From the NCBI GenBank assembly GCA_041690595.1, contig JAWLHB010000001.1, forward strand, positions 248,001 through 312,000: a stretch of 64,000 nt of DNA, written 5' to 3'. The notes beneath the pieces were generated by a model. It made no database searches and was not told where the DNA came from. It saw nothing but the letters and a program-made list of their open reading frames with translations. The stretch comes from Lentisphaeria bacterium (GTDB taxonomy: Bacteria; Verrucomicrobiota; Lentisphaeria; JABSQK01; JAWLHB01). Positions within the stretch are counted from its first letter, which is position 1. Each line of letters starts with the position of its first letter. The position numbers and the translations under genes are program-made. Below are positions 28,873 through 38,024 of the stretch, piece by piece.

Positions 28873-29910
28873 TCAGGCCGCATCCAGCTTGTTCAACGTT
28901 GCAATCTCTTTCTTCTTCTCGAATTTGAGGAAGGGAAGGATAAGGATGGCGCCAACCACGAAGGCGGTCAGGGCAACCCAGAAGGCGGAATCGAGAGCCG
29001 GAATCCGCAGGCTGGTGTAGACTTTCTCGTCGCCAACCATCTCGAAATCGCGGAAGGGCCACAACCCGTACAAGGAGCCGATCATCAACCCGATGAGAAA
29101 GGTCATCGTCGGGTCATGCCAGCGCGTGAGCACGTAGCTGAGCAAGCGGCTGAAGATGATGATGCCGATGGCGCAGCCGATCCCAAAGGCGGCAAGGATC
29201 AGCAGGTCGCGTTCACTGATGGCACGCAGAATATCGAAATAGACGCCCAGAAGCAGCGCGATGAATGAGCCGCTGACCCCGGGAAGAATCATGGCTGAAA
29301 TGGCGATGGCGCCGCTCATGGCCATGTAGAGCAGACGCTTTGGCGAATGATCCAGCCGCGTGATGGAGGGTGTGCCGGTAGCCGTCTGTTCCATGGCCTT
29401 CTGTTCCTTGATGGCCAACTTCTGACGTGCCTTGTCCGCCTGCTGTGGGCCGATTGTGCCCATCGAGAGAAGGAGAGCCAGGATGGTGGCAATGGCGAGC
29501 GTCACGATGCAGGCAGGAGTGAGCTTGCCCTTGCGCATGCGCCACGGAAAGGCGATGGAGACGAGGATCAGGCCGCAGAAGAAGGCGAAGGTCGGCTCGT
29601 GCTGATTCAGGATCAGGTAGTCCATGAGTTTGGCCGTCAGCAGGATGGCCAGCGCTGCGCCGATTCCTATCCAGGTGAGGAAAGCAAAGTCGATCCGTTG
29701 CAGTTCTCGCTTGGCGCGAGCGATGCCGTGGCTGGAGAAGCTGAGGGCAGACAGCAGTTCGCGTGCAGTACGCGGGCCCATCTTGTGGAGAGCGTCGATG
29801 AGGCGTTCATAGATGCCAAGGACGAGGGCCATGGTGCCCCCGCTCACCCCGGGAATGATGTTGGCGATGCCGATGACGACGCCTTTGAGCACGAGCATGA
29901 TTCTATCCAA
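28873..29910 (-). CDS. DUF368 family membrane protein (putative undecaprenyl-phosphate translocase)
   Basis: Repeated motifs GIANIIPGVSGGT and AISAMILPGVSGS; FLIGLMIGSL. Confidence 0.9.
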   Translation of the reverse strand: MDRIMLVLKGVVIGIANIIPGVSGGTMALVLGIYERLIDALHKMGPRTARELLSALSFSSHGIARAKRELQRIDFAFLTWIGIGAALAILLTAKLMDYLILNQHEPTFAFFCGLILVSIAFPWRMRKGKLTPACIVTLAIATILALLLSMGTIGPQQADKARQKLAIKEQKAMEQTATGTPSITRLDHSPKRLLYMAMSGAIAISAMILPGVSGSFIALLLGVYFDILRAISERDLLILAAFGIGCAIGIIIFSRLLSYVLTRWHDPTMTFLIGLMIGSLYGLWPFRDFEMVGDEKVYTSLRIPALDSAFWVALTAFVVGAILILPFLKFEKKKEIATLNKLDAA

Positions 29911-30005
29911 GCAGCACTCCGCGGTTGAAGGTGGGGGATGGCCGTTACCATAGCGGCAAAGCTGATGATTGCGAGCGTGGGCGGCGCATCATCTTGATGA
30001 CTTCT

Positions 30006-30776
30006 TTAGGGCTGAGGACCCGGCAGATCCATCGCGTCGCCGCTCTCCGCTTCCAGGTGATCTCGTGAGGTAGTGAGTCGCACTTCGCGATGCGGTTCTC
30101 CCGATGCAAGACGTTGACCGCCGGCAGAGGCAACTGCAGTGGCTGCCACCCCCTCAGTTGGCGGCAACTCTCCGAGCGTGACAAGGTTATACAGGTCGCG
30201 TTGGAGCTGGGATTGGAAATGAAGGATCAGAAAGCAGATCGAATCGCTTCTGCCTGGTTGGCGATCGACCTTGACGATCCCGCGACGCTCGAGCTTGTCC
30301 AGATGATGCAGGAGAGTTGGAAAGGACATGTGCAAGCGTCTTCGCAATTCTGACAACGTCATGGTGCCGCCGGAGTTTTGGAGGATGTGAAGGAGCGCGG
30401 TACGGCGGGCACAGGTAAAGATGGTCAGGGACGAAAATAGCGTGTCGTGGAGCTGCTCCGTGAGTTCATTGTCGGGTGAACCAAGTTGGCGATATAGCCA
30501 TTGGTTGAGTGCTTCCAGGTGCTCTTGGGAATCCGCTAGCGAGAGTGGAGCAAGCCAATAGGCGCGATGTCCCCGCAGATCTCGTCGAACCAGGTTGAAG
30601 TGTTCGAGTAGGCGCAGTTCCGTGCTCAACCCGGAAGTCGAGAGTCCGAGTTCGTCCGCGAGCTGGGCATGCGGCAGCTCGGTGCCTGAAGCCAACGTCG
30701 TCATCAGCCGCAGCCGCACACGATTCGCCGCGACCCGCGCCCATTTCCCCACCACTCCGTCTGGTGCTGTCTGCAT
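30006..30776 (-). CDS. Transcriptional regulator with two tandem ArsR-like winged-helix domains
   Basis: ANRVRLRLMTTL...AQLADELGLSTSGLSTELRLLEHFNLV and CARRTALLHIL...TLSELRRRLHMSFPTLLHHLDKLERRGIV. Confidence 0.75.
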   Translation of the reverse strand: MQTAPDGVVGKWARVAANRVRLRLMTTLASGTELPHAQLADELGLSTSGLSTELRLLEHFNLVRRDLRGHRAYWLAPLSLADSQEHLEALNQWLYRQLGSPDNELTEQLHDTLFSSLTIFTCARRTALLHILQNSGGTMTLSELRRRLHMSFPTLLHHLDKLERRGIVKVDRQPGRSDSICFLILHFQSQLQRDLYNLVTLGELPPTEGVAATAVASAGGQRLASGEPHREVRLTTSRDHLEAESGDAMDLPGPQP

Positions 30777-30788
30777 ATCTAATGCCCC

Positions 30789-30820
30789 ATAGTAATAAAG
30801 TTCTCAAACTTTCTTACTAT
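30789..30820. promoter_or_regulatory. 14-bp inverted repeat, candidate operator
   Basis: ATAGTAATAAAGTT-CTCA-AACTTTCTTACTAT (one mismatch), 12 nt upstream of the regulator start. Confidence 0.65.
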
Positions 30821-31221
30821 AGAACATCGCACTTCCCTATCAAGATTGAAGGCCCAACTCTCTGTTCAAGATTATAGACTCAACAAAAACTGTGATTAGA
30901 GAGCCAGCGGGAGTCAAGGCAGTGACGGAGCATACAGGGGGGGCGCCTGCGTTAAAGCACGAGGGTCAGGACCGGCAGAGTCTGCTGGGCACAAGGCAAT
31001 GCAGCAGTTCATGCGATCTTAGAAGTTAACACATGGATTGCCGCGACGGGGAGCAGAATAGGACACTGCAGAAACGATTACCCGGGCGCAGTGTTGCTCC
31101 ATATGCTCACGCCCGCGATTCAGCATCAGCATTTGCCTGCGTCACGAGTCGCGCATTTTCGGCAGATGGCTGTGCTGCCACAACCCGCTGCCGAATGGCC
31201 ATCTCCAGACACTGCGATCAC

Positions 31222-32319
31222 TCATCGGCTTGCTTCAGCGGCCGAGTTGTCGATTGCGAAGAATTCGCGATAGCCTTCACCAATGGCCAGATAGTTCCGC
31301 ACCGGAACGCTGGCGGTGATGGCGTTGTTGCAGCAGAAGATGTGCCCGCCGTTCCCCCACCCATCCTCCAGACATTCTCTGACGACTTGCCTGATTTCGG
31401 CTGGCGTCCCAGTGGCCAGGACCGTCGAACAATCCATGTTGCCGAAGAAGGTGATGGATGAACCAAAGCGCCGTTTCAGTTCGGCCAATTCCATCCCCGC
31501 GCGGCTTTCGATTTCAAGATAGCCGTCCACCTCACAGCCAAGGAGAAAATCGTCGATCACGGGCCACAAGTTGCCATCACTGGCGTTGACCGCAAATCCT
31601 CCCCCGGCATGGACCCTTCGGGAGATCTTGCGGACCTCCTCCATGATGAAGGTGCGATACGCAGCGGGAGAAATAAGCGGTCCGCGATTGCCCGCGAAAT
31701 CGCCCCCAACCCCGATCAATATGATTCCCCGCGCGAGGTACTTCTCCACACTCATCAGCGCACGCGTCGTGGCAAGGGCGAAATGCCGATGCGCCACCTC
31801 GGGTGCCAATGCCATTACCTGCATCAGGGTGGTATCGGCCCAGACACCGTGGGCATACGCGGGAGCGAGAATCGGCAGATCGAGATCGTGGCGTTCCATC
31901 TCCTGGCGAACCAGATCGTAGATCAGGTAGGGGGCATCCGCAAGCGGTGTCGCTGCCGCCTCGGCCATGTCTAATCGCCAGGTCATCTCCGCAACCGGGT
32001 CGTTGAAGGAGGGTGCGGGTAGTTGTGGCACCTTCGACGCTCTGGAAGGAGGAGCATTGGGTATCACGTAGAGCATATCATGGCCCAGAATTCTGGCGAG
32101 ATCCACGATATCTCTGGCTTGCCGCGAGAGAGCCGCCTCCCATCCCATGTCTTGAACCACCTCATGCCAGTTCTCGCCGTAAGCGTAGCGGCGCCCAAGG
32201 ATGTGGTCGGCAACCGGTGAAAGAAGCACGTACTCGAAAATCGGCGTCCGGTCCGGTTCGTCGTGGGCAAGAGCGGCCATCACCCGTTGGCGCGAAGTCA
32301 TGGGTCGAGGCATCTTCAT
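31222..32319 (-). CDS. Uroporphyrinogen decarboxylase (UroD/MtaA/CmuA) superfamily protein
   Basis: MTSRQRVMAALAHDEPDRTP, GDFAGNRGPLISP, SDGNLWPVIDD, LKRRFG..ITFFGNMD, GTPAEIR; AAGGAG upstream. Confidence 0.85.
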   Translation of the reverse strand: MKMPRPMTSRQRVMAALAHDEPDRTPIFEYVLLSPVADHILGRRYAYGENWHEVVQDMGWEAALSRQARDIVDLARILGHDMLYVIPNAPPSRASKVPQLPAPSFNDPVAEMTWRLDMAEAAATPLADAPYLIYDLVRQEMERHDLDLPILAPAYAHGVWADTTLMQVMALAPEVAHRHFALATTRALMSVEKYLARGIILIGVGGDFAGNRGPLISPAAYRTFIMEEVRKISRRVHAGGGFAVNASDGNLWPVIDDFLLGCEVDGYLEIESRAGMELAELKRRFGSSITFFGNMDCSTVLATGTPAEIRQVVRECLEDGWGNGGHIFCCNNAITASVPVRNYLAIGEGYREFFAIDNSAAEASR

Positions 32320-32510
32320 GATCTCCTTTATGGTTGGAGCACGTCGCAAACTACCGCCTCAATCCATTCAGATCCAGAGAGAGAACACGATGTTCACCCC
32401 GCCAAGGGAGATCCTGCGCCTTTTAACCATGGAAAACTGGACAACCTGACCGTTTGCGGCAACTTCTCCTTTGCACACATTCTATTACCCGATCAGCAGC
32501 GAGATCCATC

Positions 32511-33875
32511 ATGCCGGAGAAGCGTCCTCATATCATCTACATTCTTTCCGACGAACATCGTGGCCAGGCGATGGGGCACATCGGAGACGGCAACCTTCGC
32601 ACACCGGTGATGGATCGGCTGGCCGCCGAGGGGGCGAGCTTCTCCCGTGCATATGCCAACTGCCCGATCTGTACACCCAGCCGCGGCACCATCTTCTCGG
32701 GCCGCCATGCCCACAGCGGCCCCGTCGCCGGCTTTTTCGATGTCTACAAGCCGGCTTCGCCAAGCACCGCCACGATTCTGCGCCAGGCGGGTTATCATAC
32801 GGCCTACTTTGGCAAATGGCATTGCGGCACATATCAGAACCAGAAGCCGCCGTTGACTCGTCAGAATCCTGAAGAGTACAAAGGCTCATGCCAGCGCACG
32901 CCGGAATACCATCGCGCCGGCTTTCAGGACTGGTTCGGTTTTGAGAACCTCAACCAGCACTTCAACAGTTACTACTACAAGAACCGTGACATCAATCCGA
33001 CCAAGCTCGAGGGATATGAAACCGACGGCCAGACAAGCCTCGCCATCGACTATCTGCAATCCTACGAGCGCGAGGAGCCCCTCTATCTCGTCCTCAGCGT
33101 GACGCCGCCACACTTCCCCATGCTGGTTCCGGAGAAGTGGCAGCGCTTTGATCCAATGGCTCTCGACCTGCGCGAAAACTTCACGGACACCCTCGAGAAT
33201 CGGCGTCTGCTCGCACTCTACTATGCCATGATCGAGAACCTCGACTGGAATATGGGCAGGCTCATGGCGGCAATTGAACGGCTGCCAGCCTTTCGCGACA
33301 ACACCATCACTGTCTACATCAGCGACCATGGCGAGTTCGGCGGCAGCCACAATCGCATGGCGAAGAAGGAACACCCGGAGGAGGAATCGGTGCGGATTCC
33401 GGCCATCTTCCACGCGCCGGGACGCCTCCCCGCGCAGGGCCGGATCGATGGCCTCTTCAGTCTGGTCGACCTGATGGCCACCACGCTTGGACTGGTCGGC
33501 GTCGACGTCCCCATTCACAATCAGGGCTTCGACTGGTCACCCGCCCTGCGTGGAGAAGCCTGCCAGGGCCCCGATGCAGTCTTGCTCGAGATGCACAACA
33601 ATCCACGTTGGGGGCTGCATCTTCAGGACTGGCGAGGCCTGGTCACGGAGCGCTGGAAGTACGCTTTCTATGAAGACAAGCGTGAGTTGCTCTTCGATCT
33701 CGCGTCGGATCCGTTCGAGAAGAGGAATCTGGCGCGGACAGACGAAGCTCAGCGCGCCGCCATGGAGCGCCTCCTGCTGCAGCTTCTATCCGACAGCCGA
33801 GAGCCCTATTTTGACGTGCTGATCGAACACGGGGTCGAGCCGGATGGCCCAGTCATCGACGTCTCCACCCTGTGA
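32511..33875 (+). CDS. Formylglycine-dependent sulfatase (Cys type), no signal peptide
   Basis: PHIIYILSDEHR, CPICTPSRGTIFSGR, GYHTAYFGKWH, SDHGE. Confidence 0.93.
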   Translation: MPEKRPHIIYILSDEHRGQAMGHIGDGNLRTPVMDRLAAEGASFSRAYANCPICTPSRGTIFSGRHAHSGPVAGFFDVYKPASPSTATILRQAGYHTAYFGKWHCGTYQNQKPPLTRQNPEEYKGSCQRTPEYHRAGFQDWFGFENLNQHFNSYYYKNRDINPTKLEGYETDGQTSLAIDYLQSYEREEPLYLVLSVTPPHFPMLVPEKWQRFDPMALDLRENFTDTLENRRLLALYYAMIENLDWNMGRLMAAIERLPAFRDNTITVYISDHGEFGGSHNRMAKKEHPEEESVRIPAIFHAPGRLPAQGRIDGLFSLVDLMATTLGLVGVDVPIHNQGFDWSPALRGEACQGPDAVLLEMHNNPRWGLHLQDWRGLVTERWKYAFYEDKRELLFDLASDPFEKRNLARTDEAQRAAMERLLLQLLSDSREPYFDVLIEHGVEPDGPVIDVSTL

Positions 33876-33887
33876 CGAGAGCTGGCG

Positions 33888-35207
33888 TCAGGCCCAGGCG
33901 CCCAGCAGATCGCTGATCTGTACCGGCATGCCGCTGGCCGCGGACTGATTCGCCGCGGCGCCAATGATCATGCTGTGGACGCCGGCACCCGCCGACGCGA
34001 AGAGGCCGAGCGGATCGCTGCTCTTGAGGGTGCCCCGGAAACAGGCATCGAAGATGCGGAAATCCCCGCCGCCATGTCCTTCGGCGATGTTCGGAATACG
34101 CTCCTGCCAGCCATTGCGGTCGTGCGGCATGACGTGAATCGTGTAGTGGTCAGGCCAGGAGACGACTTGAATTTCGTCGTTGGAGAGAACACGATGTTGG
34201 CGATTCGTCACCTTCACGTGCTGCTGCCAGCCGGGCAGGGGCTTGGCGTCGGTGATGTTGCTTTCCAGTCGGCCGCGGGTGCCGTTTATGGCGAGATTCC
34301 AGCCTTCAAATGGCACAGATGCGTTGAGGGAGTAATTGAGTACGCCACCGTTGGCGTACTGCACCATGACCGCGTGCGTGTCGTAGATATCGATGTCGTC
34401 GCTGAAGACGCAGGTATCGCCTTCGTAGTCGCGCACCAGAGGAACGGCATAATCCAACTCGCGCGCCTTGCGTTCCTTATCCAGAATGTCGTAATGAAAC
34501 TGGCAGTCGGCGGCATGGGCACAATCACGGCAACGTTCACCGCGAAATCGGCCATGGCCGGCGCCGAAGAAGTTCCGGCTGCAGCGGGCGTAGACGCTGG
34601 CGGGGCGGTCATTCATCCACCAGTTGGCCAGGTCGAAATGGTGCGTCGCCTTGGTGATAAGCAGGCCGCCCGATCTCTCCATCAGCCGGTGCCAGCGGCG
34701 GAAGTAGCTGGCGCCGTGGCCGCGGTAGTCCAGATACCAGGTCAGGTCCATCGAAATCGGCGTGCCGATGATGCCTTCCAGAACAATCTCGCGGATGCGG
34801 CTTGCCAGTGGGATGTGTCGATAATTGAAGCCCATGAAGACGCGCCGGTTGTTGCGCGTTTCCGCCTCCAGAATGGCAATCGCGTCCCGCGGCTGGGTGC
34901 AGAGCGGCTTCTCGGTTGCTACCTCGCAGCCTGCATCCAAGGCTTTCACGATGTGTTCGCCATGGACGTGTTCGGGACTGACCACTACTACCATGTCGGG
35001 TCGCAGTTCCGCCAGCATCCGGTCATAATCCGTGTAGACGGCGGCGTTCGTTCTGGCATACTTGTTGGCATCGTGGCAGCGGTCGGCAAGCCGGTCGCAC
35101 AGGCCAACAACTTCGGTAACATCTTCATAGGTGCCGGCCATCTGACCGAGCCACGAATAGGCACGATGGCCGATGCCGACGATCGCGCAGCGAGTTCTCT
35201 GGGCCAT
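33888..35207 (-). CDS. Gfo/Idh/MocA family oxidoreductase with Cys-rich insertion
   Basis: AIVGIGHR, VATEKP, MGFNYR, GASYFRRWH, KATHHFD, ERCRDC....CQF, GHGGGD; start trimmed to 35207. Confidence 0.9.
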   Translation of the reverse strand: MAQRTRCAIVGIGHRAYSWLGQMAGTYEDVTEVVGLCDRLADRCHDANKYARTNAAVYTDYDRMLAELRPDMVVVVSPEHVHGEHIVKALDAGCEVATEKPLCTQPRDAIAILEAETRNNRRVFMGFNYRHIPLASRIREIVLEGIIGTPISMDLTWYLDYRGHGASYFRRWHRLMERSGGLLITKATHHFDLANWWMNDRPASVYARCSRNFFGAGHGRFRGERCRDCAHAADCQFHYDILDKERKARELDYAVPLVRDYEGDTCVFSDDIDIYDTHAVMVQYANGGVLNYSLNASVPFEGWNLAINGTRGRLESNITDAKPLPGWQQHVKVTNRQHRVLSNDEIQVVSWPDHYTIHVMPHDRNGWQERIPNIAEGHGGGDFRIFDACFRGTLKSSDPLGLFASAGAGVHSMIIGAAANQSAASGMPVQISDLLGAWA

Positions 35208-35388
35208 TATTCTCTCTCTTTGACTGAAGCGTGGGCGGTTCCCCGAACCGCATGAAGTACTGAAGAAGATGCCATGTTGCTGGGCAAAGGCAAGTAAGAT
35301 CCTGGAGAAGCAGGTTGACGACTGCTGACTCAATGGATAGGTTGAGTACTGATCAAAACATTGAACCTCTTCAGCCACGGACAACGAC

Positions 35389-37368
35389 GTGAATCTATCC
35401 GCCAGATTCGATGAATCCCGCAACCTCGTGCGGTTCTGCCGGCGCCCGGGACATGAGACGCTGCATGCCGATTTTACCGCCAGTTTCGGCTTCCGTGAGA
35501 TGGGGAGCCGGATGAGCATACTCAAGGATGTCGGCACAGCTCCCGGGCCGGATGAGTGTTTTGCGCATATCGAAGTGGATGCCCGGCGGATGTTTTACAA
35601 GCTGCTTGGTCTCGAACTGGAGTTCCCTGGCGCCCCTGAAGAGCTGCTCACCCAGATGCAGCCGTATAACTCGATGAATTACTATCGCTCTCACATCGAG
35701 GAGCATTTCTGTCTCAATGGTGTGCGACCGCTGCCACCGTTGCGCGGCTTGTGTACCATCTGCTTTGCCGACACCGATCGGCTGCAGGTCAGCTATGAGC
35801 TGTCCAACGTTGGCGCGGCTCCTTTGAAAGTACGCCTGCGTTGGTTCAGCGTACCGGACCGCCACTTCCCCTGCACCTTCGCGGATGGCGTCCTTTCCAG
35901 CCGGCAGAAGGTCATCGGCGAGTACGATATCGCGGTTGCCTTTCAGGCGGAGAGGCGCGATCTGAGCTTCCAGGACAATGGCGAGCGGCTGGAGAGCGCC
36001 TGGATCGACGTGGAGATCGAGCCGCGGGGCAATTGGTCCACTTCGTTCTGTATTGCTTTTGACGATTCGACCAGCCTGAACGTGCCACCGATGCCCAGCG
36101 AAGGCGCCACGGCAATTCTGACTGCCGCGAAGAAGCGCATGGACGCGGTCTACGCTGCGCTGCCTTCCATACCGTTGCAGTTCGCCGATTACGAAGAGCT
36201 GGTGCTGCGGGCTGTCGGCATCCTCATTGCGAATGAGCATACATCGCGGACGCTTGGCGGTGACAGCGTGCGCACCATCCATGCGGGCAAGGCCGGGGTC
36301 TGCGCCACCTGGTGGTGGGATACCGCCTGTTCGCTGTTGGGCATGGGGTTGCTGCGTCGTAACGAGGCGGCGCGGGGGGCCATGCGCCTCCTCCTGGAGG
36401 GGGTCGACGAGCAGGGAGTACCCTGTGCCCGTTATGTCAACGGCAAGTATTTCAGGGGTCATCAGCAGCCGATCCTTGCCTGGGGACTCGAGCGTTTTCA
36501 CCAGCTTTCACCCGACCCGGCGCTCGTTGCGGATTCCTACGAGGGACTGGCGCGCTACGTACGACACTGGCTGCGCGATTGCGACAGCGATGGAAATGGC
36601 CTGGTGGAGTATCCACCTGGCGCTGTCTGCTGGGATGATTCCCTGCGGTGGCAGTCCAACCCGGTGGCCTTTGCCGCGGATCGTGCGTGGTACAAGAACG
36701 ACTGGGGTAAAGCCGACAGCGGCGCGGTGGAGAACGCCGATACCAACGCCAATCTTTACACCGAATGCATCTGTATGGCCAAATTTGCCCAGATGTTGGA
36801 TAAACGGGAGGAAGCGAGGGGGTGGCGCCGCGAGGCGGCGCGTCTGCGGGAGTTGATCAGCGAGCAGCTCTTCGACCCTGAGTTGCAGACCTTCCAGGAT
36901 CGACGGGTGGGGGGCGCCTTCACCAACATGCTGACGCCGAGCTGCTTCATGCCGCTATACGCGGAGATTCCAGAGCCGGAGCTTGCGCTTCAGATCTGCG
37001 AAAGATACCTGCTGGCACCCGAGCACTTCAATACCCTTCTGCCCTTTCCCTCGCTCGATCTGGCGCACCCCGCCTTCCGCGGTGGTGGATTCCTCAAGGA
37101 GCGCGGCAGCAGCCTCTCGCCTCAGTCGTACTGGATCGGGCGGACCTGGCCGCACGTCAGCTTCTGGATGGTCGGCGCGATCTATCGTTCCGGCCTTCAG
37201 CGTGAAGCGGACGAAGCTGCCGACCGGATCCTGAGCGCACTCAATCGAAGTGAATCGATCTACGAATGCTACGATCCGATGACAGGTTACGGAGTCGGGC
37301 ACGCGGAGTTTTCGTGGAGTGCATCGGCCGTACTGTCGCTTGCGTATCGGCTCTATCGTGAGGTCTGA
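35389..37368 (+). CDS. MGH1/GH63-like (alpha/alpha)6 glycoside hydrolase
   Basis: WWWDT, QQPILAW, DSDGNGL, CWDDSLRW, YWIGRTWP, IYECYDP, FSWSAS. Confidence 0.8.
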   Translation: MNLSARFDESRNLVRFCRRPGHETLHADFTASFGFREMGSRMSILKDVGTAPGPDECFAHIEVDARRMFYKLLGLELEFPGAPEELLTQMQPYNSMNYYRSHIEEHFCLNGVRPLPPLRGLCTICFADTDRLQVSYELSNVGAAPLKVRLRWFSVPDRHFPCTFADGVLSSRQKVIGEYDIAVAFQAERRDLSFQDNGERLESAWIDVEIEPRGNWSTSFCIAFDDSTSLNVPPMPSEGATAILTAAKKRMDAVYAALPSIPLQFADYEELVLRAVGILIANEHTSRTLGGDSVRTIHAGKAGVCATWWWDTACSLLGMGLLRRNEAARGAMRLLLEGVDEQGVPCARYVNGKYFRGHQQPILAWGLERFHQLSPDPALVADSYEGLARYVRHWLRDCDSDGNGLVEYPPGAVCWDDSLRWQSNPVAFAADRAWYKNDWGKADSGAVENADTNANLYTECICMAKFAQMLDKREEARGWRREAARLRELISEQLFDPELQTFQDRRVGGAFTNMLTPSCFMPLYAEIPEPELALQICERYLLAPEHFNTLLPFPSLDLAHPAFRGGGFLKERGSSLSPQSYWIGRTWPHVSFWMVGAIYRSGLQREADEAADRILSALNRSESIYECYDPMTGYGVGHAEFSWSASAVLSLAYRLYREV

Positions 37369-37433
37369 CAGCGCTGCTGTCATTTGAGCCTCGGCCGGAT
37401 ATAGTAAGCAAAACGAAAAGGATACGGACGACT

Positions 37434-38009
37434 GTGGCATTGGAAATTGCGGACAAATTGCGTCAGATTCGGGAAGCGCGCGGCTGGTCGCAGGAGGAGC
37501 TGGCGCGGCAACTGGGCGTCTCCTTCCCCACCGTCAACTCCTGGGAACGGGGAAAGACGCAGCCGTATCCTCGCCATCAGCACGCGATTCAGAGCCTGCA
37601 CCAGCAAGTGATGAGCGAGATCGACAGTCACCTCGTGCTGATCGTGGAGGATGACGAATCCGCCCGTCTCATCCTGGCGGACTACGTCGCTCTGGCGCTT
37701 CCCGGCTATGCGGTTTGTGTTGCCGTCAATGGGTACGATGCCATCCTGCAGATCGGACTTCACAAGCCGGCGATTGTTCTCCTGGACATCATGATGCCGG
37801 ATATCGACGGGCTGGAAGTCTTCGCACGGATCCGGCAGATGGAGGAGCTTGCCGCCGTCCGTGTACTCTTCGTGACCGCCGTCACCGACGAAGCGGTTCT
37901 GGAGCGTGCGCGTGCCGCGAAGCCATTCGACCTCATCCACAAGCCGCTCGATCGCCGGATGTTAGTCGCGGCGCTCAAGCGGGCGGCAGACCTGCCTGAA
38001 CCTGCCTGA
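37434..38009 (+). CDS. Response regulator with N-terminal XRE (HTH_3) domain
   Basis: LRQIREARGWSQEELARQLGVSFPTVNSWERGK then VLIVEDD...LLDIMMPDIDG...FVTA...IHKP. Confidence 0.9.
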   Translation: MALEIADKLRQIREARGWSQEELARQLGVSFPTVNSWERGKTQPYPRHQHAIQSLHQQVMSEIDSHLVLIVEDDESARLILADYVALALPGYAVCVAVNGYDAILQIGLHKPAIVLLDIMMPDIDGLEVFARIRQMEELAAVRVLFVTAVTDEAVLERARAAKPFDLIHKPLDRRMLVAALKRAADLPEPA

Positions 38010-38024
38010 ACCCGGGAGCGGCCC

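Noticed and set aside
37990..38012. 10-bp tandem duplication ACCTGCCTGA containing the response regulator stop
   Set aside because: Only two copies; removing one does not fuse the regulator in frame to the kinase, so no evidence for a switch.
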